From an uncultured Bdellovibrionales bacterium (GTDB lineage Bacteria; Patescibacteriota; Minisyncoccia; Moranbacterales; UBA1568): DNA of 50,387 nucleotides. The stretch spans positions 81,916 to 132,302 of the forward strand of contig CAYLJX010000004.1 of the NCBI GenBank assembly GCA_964384235.1, given 5' to 3'. Below, one piece after another: positions 36,001 to 42,427 of this stretch (position 1 is its first letter; each line of letters starts with the position of its first letter). The notes under the pieces were generated by a model. It was not told where the DNA came from. It did no database searches and worked only from the letters and a program-made list of their open reading frames with translations. Both the position numbers and the translations under genes were made by a program.

Positions 36001-36304
36001 CGACGAACGAAGGGACGACATAGGAAAACCGCTCCCTCGCCACCGAGCGCGGATCGATCTTGATCGCCTTGTAGTCCGTCACGTCCGTGACACCCTGGGA
36101 ATCCGCATCCTTGGACACGAACTCCAGGCGATACAGGACATCCAGCGCGCCATTCCATCGGTTTTCCGCCTCGAAACCGACCTCGACGGCGTTTTCCTTG
36201 ACGTCAAAAGCTGTCACCGTGAGGGCGACGTCCGGCCCGGCCGCCCGACCGACCATCGGGAACAGCAAGAGAAACACCGCCACCGAAAAGAATTTCCATG
36301 CCAT
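33059..36304 (-). CDS. Giant surface protein (1081 aa): signal peptide, N-domain, TM hairpin, Cys-rich region, two Ig-like (Big_2-type) repeats, C-terminal six-Cys module
   Basis: Signal MAWKFFSVAVFLLLFPMVGRAAG. Internal TM LALLLGGLALLLVLAGYLVV followed by a second signal-like MRKESFPKRSALMIAFFVLAGSFALAEPADA. Repeats ..VTAVNSGTATVSV.. / ..VSAVTAGSATISV... Ends GTRSCDFNWREVSPL. Confidence 0.75.
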   Translation of the reverse strand: MAWKFFSVAVFLLLFPMVGRAAGPDVALTVTAFDVKENAVEVGFEAENRWNGALDVLYRLEFVSKDADSQGVTDVTDYKAIKIDPRSVARERFSYVVPSFVDKEQDIYLTTKTAAGFPLSGALVGTTSFKANPVPVTMKGCRLMDQEEGNSIVVASGVPVVLTCMLRNTADKEQTMFLSGDVSLWGASGDMIVSSTDAVLPPKKEVPVTLSFPPLEKPGNYEGHAYLGKDSVKLSSMTDFMIRVAGESGHIDRIELDKDSYVAGEKAGVTVYAVAIASSSTKRPMVAVDMQDGKGSSCAPTLRQSFVGGVEAIQVPIEKPCVDPQVKVTLSGGEGMALDQSMLAVTSGERPASEKWMGKPLALLLGGLALLLVLAGYLVVRMRKESFPKRSALMIAFFVLAGSFALAEPADASTFTGRVWWGGDYTAPAACDGSGAVCPERFRVVGNGSNISFYGYPSGIYWGAINISGSISITGSVTVQSETGSGGGYGSFRIVGNGNRLDFYGRGVLNGSLIVTGGTVSGGGDVFSTNAATVWATGTNSIMFTGTLSPVLSLTFTDSVPPVPVCVNGVGPYTAPQPYTNAWCQARGYDVVTNTCLGYCACTAPRTWDAALSRCVDPAPPVGVVNGICGPGMQPTGSECPTNFYPNGQNAPTPGSCSAGTSSASSGAAFWYPPEGRWVNGKNWTCLGSGGGTNASCGACESAPPAPVTTFTGSYAGPPAQTNVSNLWLPMGGGNVTLNWNDPLPLGFAGGGSCTASASPPVAGWNGAKPVTGTTTVTITEMTRFDLDCRNNSGTLAARKSVTVYVYSDAICPASRTMNVGDSPFQLRYWNRYDGAVIDCTNPSTPGASDLTDTLNTSWSIVPGTVPGPVATVTNSTTTLPSPYNHKGVVTAVNSGTATVSVAPNITRGIVASAPITVNGVVVPPPPPAPTYGICPNGMTLNLTTTTTGQLRLWKRTDGNSVDCANPSVSATDITTALTTSWGSSNSGVVAVENTTSKGRVSAVTAGSATISVTDNGASAGSVTVDVIGCLAYTCGTLPSSVTDQYCPDETFTTSNNCSGTITCTNGTRSCDFNWREVSPL

Positions 36305-36334
36305 AATGATTATTTTATTTTTGTCTTTGTAAGA

Positions 36335-37315
36335 TTAGACCAAAAGTCCTACTCTCTCTTTTATTATACGCATTTTTTCTTCCGCAAGTAATCTCGCCTT
36401 CGCCGCGCCGTCTCCCAGTACGGCAAGAGCTTCCTCATCGGAAATGTTTTTCAGACGCTCCTGGAACGGTGAGAGGAAATTCACCACTACTTCGGCTAGA
36501 TCGGTCTTGAAGTCACCGTAACCTTTCCCTTGATACATTCCTTCGACTTCCTCCTTGGTCTTGTCGGAAAGCAGCGTGTAGATATTGATCAGGTTCTTAA
36601 GCGCAGGCTTCTCATCTGAATAGACGATTTCGCTCCCGCTGTCCGTCACGGCTTTTTTGATCTTTTTCCGTACCGTCTCGGCATCGTCCGTGAGCGCGAT
36701 GTAGTTATATTCGGAAGAAGCGGACTTGGACATTTTTTTGGTCGGGTCGTCAAGTCCCATGATTCTGGCTCCTTCTTTCTGTACCACGCCCTCCGGCACG
36801 ACGAATGTCTCACCGAAGCGGTCATTAAACCGTCGTGCCAGCGTCCGAGCGAGCTCGATATGCTGGAGCTGATCCTCTCCCACAGGCACCACGGCCGTAT
36901 CGTAAAGCAAGATATCCGCCGCCATAAGGACGGGATAATCGAAGAGTCCGACGCCGGCGCGCTCGGTCCCTTCTTTGGCCTTGTCCTTGAACTGCGTCAT
37001 CTTTTCCAGGTCTCCCATCCGTGTGAGCGTATTGAGAATCCATGCGAGTTCGGCGTGTTCTTTGATGTGCGACTGGACAAAGAGCGTACATTTTTCAGGA
37101 TCAATACCGGCGGCAAGATAGATCTTGGCGATTTCCAGGGTCTTCCGACGGAGTTCGGCTGGGTCCTGCGGAACGGTGATGGCATGCAGATCGACAATCG
37201 AAAAGATCGCATCGTAATTGTCTTGGAGTTTCACCCACTGCCGGATGGCGCCAAGATAATTGCCGATATGCAGGTTCCCCGACGGCTGGACAGCCGAAAA
37301 CAGTCGTTTGTTCAT
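36335..37315 (-). CDS. trpS: Tryptophan--tRNA ligase
   Basis: HIGH motif GNLHIGNYLG, KMSKS motif, 326 aa. Confidence 0.93.
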   Translation of the reverse strand: MNKRLFSAVQPSGNLHIGNYLGAIRQWVKLQDNYDAIFSIVDLHAITVPQDPAELRRKTLEIAKIYLAAGIDPEKCTLFVQSHIKEHAELAWILNTLTRMGDLEKMTQFKDKAKEGTERAGVGLFDYPVLMAADILLYDTAVVPVGEDQLQHIELARTLARRFNDRFGETFVVPEGVVQKEGARIMGLDDPTKKMSKSASSEYNYIALTDDAETVRKKIKKAVTDSGSEIVYSDEKPALKNLINIYTLLSDKTKEEVEGMYQGKGYGDFKTDLAEVVVNFLSPFQERLKNISDEEALAVLGDGAAKARLLAEEKMRIIKERVGLLV

Positions 37316-37471
37316 GTCTCTATCCTAACGGTTATGTGCCTATTGTACCATATCGCAACCCTCAAAAAGAATTCAAGAAAAATTCAAGTAAAAAAAGAAG
37401 GACCAGTCTTTGCCGCGGATTCTCTTTCGAGAACACACGGAAAAACCAGTCCCTTGCAGCCGGTCGAAGCG

Positions 37472-38518
37472 TTACTTCGTGGCCGCGTCCTTCTTGGCGG
37501 CGTCTTCAACCTTTGCCGGCGCCTGCGGATACAACTTGGCGTGGTAGCGGCTGTAATCGTCAGGATCCACCACGGTCGAGCTACCACGGGTCGGCTTGGC
37601 AAAGATGGCATACGTAGTACCCATCCGAGCCACCGGATTGGTCGCACCGCTGCTGACACCACCCGACAGTCCGAGCGCCGTCGTCACCGCACCGGCAAGA
37701 CCTACTCCGGAACCACCGATACCGAAGCCCTTGCCATCAGTCTCGACACCGAGTCCACCGCCGATGGCTGACTCCGGAGAGATCAACCAGACTTCCCCAT
37801 AGCCCTGGAGTTCCAGAGCGTAGTGGACGGCGTCGTTATTGAGCACGCCGACATCGACACTGCCTTCGCCGGACTTCGCCTGCACGGTAATGACACCGAC
37901 ACAGACCGCTTCCGTCTTCGGACCGGGAAGCTCGAGAGAGACTTCCGGCCAGGTAGTGTCAGTGGCGAACCGCTTGTTGTTGTAATCGGGATACAGCGTT
38001 CCCTGGACTATCGTGAGACCGCTCGCCCCCTTGACCTTCTGCGTCGATCCGCTGCTGGTCTTGGTGTAGCGCTGTTTGCAGACGGACTGCACCCAACGCT
38101 GGAACGCTGCCCCGGTAATCGGAGCTGTCATCGTGGCACCGTTGTGAATAAACAGCGCCGGCGTCGCCGGAGCCACGCCCGGCATAGGCGCGGCCTGGAG
38201 CGGGATCTTCGAGCCGTACGAGTTGAATTGCTGCTGCAAGTTGAGATTCGCAGCCGCATCCCCCGTCTGCAGTTCGACATCACCGATCCCGGCACTTGCC
38301 CCGAGATTCAGCGTCGGCTTGAAGTCCACACCGGCAGACGCGCCGCTGCTGACATTGCCGATCGTCGCCTGGGCGCCAGCATTGGCTTCGGCATTGCCGA
38401 TCGCGGTCGCACTGGGCGCCTTCAATCCCTGACCGAGATGATCACCACCAGCTGACGCCGGAGCAGCCGAGAGCAGTCCGAGTGCCGCAAATGCGGCGAT
38501 GAGAAACTTGTGTTTCAT
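37472..38518 (-). CDS. Secreted hypothetical protein with a Gly/Ala/Asn-rich N-region
   Basis: Strong GAAGGAG SD. Signal MKHKFLIAAFAALGLLSAAPASA. Then IGNAEANAGAQATIGNVSSGASAG.. low-complexity followed by a globular C-half. Confidence 0.7.
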   Translation of the reverse strand: MKHKFLIAAFAALGLLSAAPASAGGDHLGQGLKAPSATAIGNAEANAGAQATIGNVSSGASAGVDFKPTLNLGASAGIGDVELQTGDAAANLNLQQQFNSYGSKIPLQAAPMPGVAPATPALFIHNGATMTAPITGAAFQRWVQSVCKQRYTKTSSGSTQKVKGASGLTIVQGTLYPDYNNKRFATDTTWPEVSLELPGPKTEAVCVGVITVQAKSGEGSVDVGVLNNDAVHYALELQGYGEVWLISPESAIGGGLGVETDGKGFGIGGSGVGLAGAVTTALGLSGGVSSGATNPVARMGTTYAIFAKPTRGSSTVVDPDDYSRYHAKLYPQAPAKVEDAAKKDAATK

Positions 38519-38626
38519 TTGAAACTCCTTCAGTTTGGTTTGTGTATAAAATTCGAGGCCGGAGGAAAAACTTCTTTCCCCCAGCCCCTTGTTGTGCTAC
38601 CGGAAACTCCGGCGGCGAGTTGGCTA

Positions 38627-39031
38627 CTACCAGTTCCACACCGCCGCGGCGCCGCTGGTGCCGAAGACGCTGCTCGTGACAACGCCATCGAGAACGCCGA
38701 CGGACGTCACCGACTGGGTGGACGAACTGGCGCTCGCGCCCGAGGGCAGGCTCTGCGCGGCAGCACCGCCGGCGACACCGACGCCCAACTGGACGACGAG
38801 GCCGCCACCGAGCGCCTGCATGCCACCTTCGACACTGGCCTGGGTCGCCGCGAACGGCGAGGCCGTACCGGCGCCGACAGCAGCCTGGCCGACGACACCG
38901 CCCTGGCCGTAGACAACGTCGGCAGTACCGGTCATCATGAGCGACGCGGACGTCTGGTCCGCCGAAGCGGGAACGGCGAAAGCGGCGGCGAAAGCGGCGA
39001 GACAAGCGAACAGAAACGACTTGACCTTCAT
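38627..39031 (-). CDS. Small secreted Gly/Ala/Val-rich protein ending in WNW
   Basis: AAAGGAA SD. Signal MKVKSFLFACLAAFAAAFAVPASA. The ~110-aa mature part is rich in G/A/V/S. The upstream extension to 39121 was rejected. Confidence 0.6.
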   Translation of the reverse strand: MKVKSFLFACLAAFAAAFAVPASADQTSASLMMTGTADVVYGQGGVVGQAAVGAGTASPFAATQASVEGGMQALGGGLVVQLGVGVAGGAAAQSLPSGASASSSTQSVTSVGVLDGVVTSSVFGTSGAAAVWNW

Positions 39032-39298
39032 GTTGATTCCTTTCATTTCATGGTTTGGAATGCAGCCCACGACAAAAGCCTTGATGCGCCACAAGAAGCG
39101 ACGTACCATTTCAGTTGTCAAAGGGCTACGAAAACTACCAAAGAAACCTATCCCCTCGCGGGGAAACAGCCTCCTGGCAGTTCAAGGGACGATAGCACGC
39201 CCCCGAATTTCTGTCAAGTCCCTGCATAGTCCCCAAGTATCCCCTTGACAGTAGGAAGAAGAGTCGGACCGTTTTCTCAAAAAAACCGATCGATGTGG

Positions 39299-39304
39299 TA
39301 TAAT
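39299..39304 (+). promoter_or_regulatory. Extended -10 promoter (TGgTATAAT) of the plus-strand pilin operon
   Basis: gatgTGgTATAATatt, about 40 nt upstream of ATG 39347. Confidence 0.6.
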
Positions 39305-39346
39305 ATTTTTTAACCGGTTCTTCTTACAAACAAACACACAAAAACT

Positions 39347-39610
39347 ATGACCAAGAAGGTGATTTTCGCGATCATCGCGCTCGTTCTCTTTCTCGGCGCG
39401 GCCCTCTTCTGGTATCAGAAGCGCGAAGCCGATACGACCGGGAACGCCCCGACGGTATCGTTCGACGAACAAGACATCGACGAAGCCGTCAACAGGAAAG
39501 CCGATCAGGATTCAGCCGGTCCCGTGAAGTGGACCGATGAAACGATCAAGTCTTCGGCTGATACGCCGATGCCCCCAGGAGAGATCAAGTACGATTTCTA
39601 CAAACGCTAA
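39347..39610 (+). CDS. Small membrane-anchored protein (87 aa)
   Basis: N-terminal TM VIFAIIALVLFLGAALFWY followed by an acidic tail. First gene of the operon. Confidence 0.6.
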   Translation: MTKKVIFAIIALVLFLGAALFWYQKREADTTGNAPTVSFDEQDIDEAVNRKADQDSAGPVKWTDETIKSSADTPMPPGEIKYDFYKR

Positions 39611-39629
39611 GAAAAACAAACATACCCTT

Positions 39630-40616
39630 ATGAAAACGACTCTCAACGTCAGAAGCATGGCGGGAAGACTCGCCAAGCCGGGTGCGGTAACGGTGTTCAT
39701 GATGCTCGGGATCTTTGCGGGCTTGGGCCTCCGCTGGTCCGACCCGCAGCCGGAAGCGTCCGCCGCCACCGACTCCTGCGAGAACGCCATCTGCGTCCCG
39801 GCCGGCGATGCGGCCCAGTGGCGTGCCGGCAACCTCATCCTCAATACGGGTGGGAGTTACGCCAACGGTCTCCTCGTTCCCTACGGCAACACCGGGCTCG
39901 GCGTCATCAATCCCCAGGCCAAGCTCGATGTCCTCGGCAACACCATCCTCGGCGGCAAAGTCCTGATCGGTTCCTCATCTTCGGCGAGCTCCCTCGAGAG
40001 CTCCCCGTACGCGCTCTCCGTCACGGGCCAGACATCCCTGGAAGATGTCACCGCCAAGAAGCTCTGCCTCGGAGGCACCTGCATCAGCAGTTGGAACGAC
40101 CTCAAAAATACGGTTTCGACTACGGGCAGCACGGGCGGAAGCGGCACCGATATGAAGGCTTGCGGCAGTTTCTTCATAACCGATCCGAACAAGGACAAAA
40201 ACTGCATGGACTCCCCCAACTTAAGCCAGGTCAAGACCAGCTGCTGCCCCAAGGGAACGATCAGCGCCTGCACCATCACCCAGGTCAGCACCGGCGGGGA
40301 TAACGTCTCGATCAAGGGAACGAACTGCGATCTCCCGGCCGATCCTCCCAAAGTGGGAACATTCGGACCGGTCCAACAAGGCGGCGAGAAATGGGTACCC
40401 TACAGCTATTTCCTGCTCGCAGGAAGCTTCACCCCAGCCCAGGTGGGAGCCCAGTGCTATGCTGACAAGACCGGATACAAAGGCACGCCCGTTTCCTCTC
40501 CGACCGCCGTCAACAACAATCTCATCTGCGATACCAAGGATCCGGATCCCTTCAAGCTCTGCAACGAGCACTGCTGTATGAAAGGGACCGAATACACCCA
40601 GAAGTGTAACTACTAG
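39630..40616 (+). CDS. Secreted/anchored Cys-rich hypothetical protein
   Basis: ATG 39630 (MKTTLNVRS..), TM AVTVFMMLGIFAGLGL, Gly/Asn-rich beta-like segment (GNLILNTGGSYANGLLVPYGNTGLGVINPQAKLDVLGNTILGG), Cys-rich C-terminus. The upstream extension to 39537 overlaps the previous gene. Confidence 0.65.
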   Translation: MKTTLNVRSMAGRLAKPGAVTVFMMLGIFAGLGLRWSDPQPEASAATDSCENAICVPAGDAAQWRAGNLILNTGGSYANGLLVPYGNTGLGVINPQAKLDVLGNTILGGKVLIGSSSSASSLESSPYALSVTGQTSLEDVTAKKLCLGGTCISSWNDLKNTVSTTGSTGGSGTDMKACGSFFITDPNKDKNCMDSPNLSQVKTSCCPKGTISACTITQVSTGGDNVSIKGTNCDLPADPPKVGTFGPVQQGGEKWVPYSYFLLAGSFTPAQVGAQCYADKTGYKGTPVSSPTAVNNNLICDTKDPDPFKLCNEHCCMKGTEYTQKCNY

Positions 40617-40622
40617 TCCCGT

Positions 40623-41588
40623 ATGGGATCGATCGGCTCACCGTTTCGGACACTCTTCTTTTTGTCGTGGCTTCTCCTGTTGCTTCCGCTTTCATCCGTT
40701 TCCGCGCAGTCTGCTCAGATCATCGACTGCGAGAATGCCCCAGGCATCGTCGTGCGCGGCGCATGCCCCGGTGGTTTCCAGCAACTTACAAGCGGCGTGG
40801 TCTTAAGCGACGACGAACGCTGCTGCGCGCTGCCCAACCGCGCGGATATCTGCTCGCTCAGTTCGGGAGAACTGAACAGCAGTTTCTGCAGCAATGACTG
40901 CAGTTCCGGGACAAGGATTCTCGACGCGCGCTGTTCCTGTCCCTCCGGAAACCTCTGTGTTTCTTCCGCTTCCCAGGGTGCGATTACCACGCTCTCCAGC
41001 CGCCCTCCTCAGTCAGGAAGTACCCCTGGCGGATCCGGTGGCGGCAACCCTCAGCCGAGCGGTTCCCAGCAGATCGTCTTCAACAACCCCCTCCAGTACG
41101 ACACCGTGGAGCAGGTCCTGGGAAGCATCCTCTCGACGCTCCGGGCCATCATCGTGGTCCTCTCCCTCGTCTTCATCGTCATCGGGGCCATCATGTATAT
41201 CACCTCTTCCGGCGATGAGGGACGGATGAAGACGGCCAAGGGAGCCATCACCGCCTCCATGATCGGTCTTGCCATCGGGATCGCCGCTCCCTCCTTCCTC
41301 AAGGAGATCGGGAATATCCTCGGCTGGAACAGTGTCAACAGCGATGAAGTTCAGGCTGCCAAGACCCTTACCCAGATCGCAAGCGATGTGCTCAAGTTCC
41401 TCCTCTCCATCGTCGGTATCCTCGGTATCGTCATGCTGGTGGTGGGAGGCATGATGTACCTCACCGCAGCCGGGGATGAGGATCGGATCGATACCGGAAA
41501 GAAAATCGTCAAGTATGCCATCATCGGGATTCTGGTCTCACTTGCTTCGCTCGTGCTGGTCAGTCAGATCACATCATTCTTCATCTGA
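40623..41588 (+). CDS. Tandem VirB2/TrbC-like (T4SS-type) pilin protein with an N-terminal Cys-rich domain
   Basis: Signal peptide, 10-Cys region, Gly/Ser/Pro linker. Then two TM-hairpin units with the loop motifs TSSGDEGRMKTAKGAITASMIG and TAAGDEDRIDTGKKIVKYAIIG. Confidence 0.75.
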   Translation: MGSIGSPFRTLFFLSWLLLLLPLSSVSAQSAQIIDCENAPGIVVRGACPGGFQQLTSGVVLSDDERCCALPNRADICSLSSGELNSSFCSNDCSSGTRILDARCSCPSGNLCVSSASQGAITTLSSRPPQSGSTPGGSGGGNPQPSGSQQIVFNNPLQYDTVEQVLGSILSTLRAIIVVLSLVFIVIGAIMYITSSGDEGRMKTAKGAITASMIGLAIGIAAPSFLKEIGNILGWNSVNSDEVQAAKTLTQIASDVLKFLLSIVGILGIVMLVVGGMMYLTAAGDEDRIDTGKKIVKYAIIGILVSLASLVLVSQITSFFI

Positions 41589-41610
41589 TCGCCTTGATTA
41601 TTCAGAAACA

Positions 41611-41640
41611 AAACACCTCTCTGAAAGGGGTGTTTTTTGA
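41611..41640 (+). terminator. Rho-independent terminator of the pilin operon
   Basis: AACACCTC-TCTGAAA-GGGGTGTTTTTTGA. Confidence 0.8.
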
Positions 41641-41749
41641 TGCGCACTATAACATACGGTCGGATAGTATAGTGTGCAGAGCATTTTTCTCCTTTTGCTT
41701 GCTGTACATAATTTGTCGCGGTCGTGAGGAATTATGTACATCGGTTTTT

Positions 41750-41790
41750 AGAAAGAAAAACTCGCACCATCCCGAGAGAGGTGATGCGAG
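41750..41790 (-). terminator. Rho-independent terminator after the AP2-domain gene
   Basis: Minus strand CTCGCATCACC..GATGGTGCGAGTTTTTCTTTC. Confidence 0.6.
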
Positions 41791-41804
41791 CACGCGACAC
41801 AGGT

Positions 41805-42326
41805 TCATGCCGCTTGATGGATGGAGCCGTTCTTCCGATAGGACGGGTGACCGGGTCGACGGATACCCGGGTCGAACTGGCCTTTGACTTTCTTCAGGCC
41901 GGCCAGTCTGGCTTGGATGGCGAGGTCTCTTGCTCCTCTCCTTCCATATTTCTTCTCGGAGAACTTCACCCGCTTGCGCTTGCCACCCGGAAGCGTCCAC
42001 GCGGCCACCCAGAACCAGCGTTGCTCGTCAGCCGGCCGATCCTTGGTCTCCGACGCGCAGTACCGGCAGACACCGACCATGCCGGTACGGTTGCTGGTTT
42101 TCCTGATAGCCGCATACTCCCTCAAGGAATACGGTTGGTGCTTCTCGATGATCTCGTCGCGATACTCCTTGGCCGCGGCGAATGACTTCTGTTTCCCCCC
42201 GGATACACCGTCGCTGAAGTGCTTGCGATAGATGACGCCGCGACGCTGGATGGTGACGAGGAAGCCGTGCGTCCGGCTGTTGTCATTGTCCACACGGGTG
42301 ATACCGTAGGTCTTCGCTTTCTTCAT
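41805..42326 (-). CDS. DNA-binding protein with two AP2-like domains
   Basis: 173 aa. 'GITRV..HGFLVTIQRRGVIYRKHF..SFAAAKEYRDEII' and 'GMVGV..WFWVAAWTLPGGKRKRVKFS..GARDLAIQARL' fit the three-strand-plus-helix AP2 pattern. No nuclease domain. Confidence 0.6.
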   Translation of the reverse strand: MKKAKTYGITRVDNDNSRTHGFLVTIQRRGVIYRKHFSDGVSGGKQKSFAAAKEYRDEIIEKHQPYSLREYAAIRKTSNRTGMVGVCRYCASETKDRPADEQRWFWVAAWTLPGGKRKRVKFSEKKYGRRGARDLAIQARLAGLKKVKGQFDPGIRRPGHPSYRKNGSIHQAA

Positions 42327-42344
42327 GATCTACCCCCAATCGAT

Positions 42345-42380
42345 TGGAAAAAAGAAAAGCGCGCCTTATTCGGCACGCTT
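42345..42380 (-). terminator. Rho-independent terminator after RNase J
   Basis: Minus strand AAGCGTGCC-GAATAA-GGCGCGCTTTTCTTTTTT. Confidence 0.75.
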
Positions 42381-42427
42381 TCTTCATAGCGGAAAAAATC
42401 CCTTCAGTCAACTTCCTCTGCTTCGGA

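Noticed and set aside
37316-37471. T-box leader upstream of trpS.
   Set aside because: No T-box consensus (AGGGTGGNACCGCG-like) or specifier-loop architecture was seen. Only a TGgTACAAT promoter and small hairpins are present.
38510-39229. Plus-strand ORFs overlapping the Gly/Ala-rich secreted protein genes (38510..39229, 38589..38912, 37823..38455).
   Set aside because: They are Arg/Pro/Ala-rich shadow frames with no SD or signal features. The minus-strand genes have strong SDs and Sec signal peptides.
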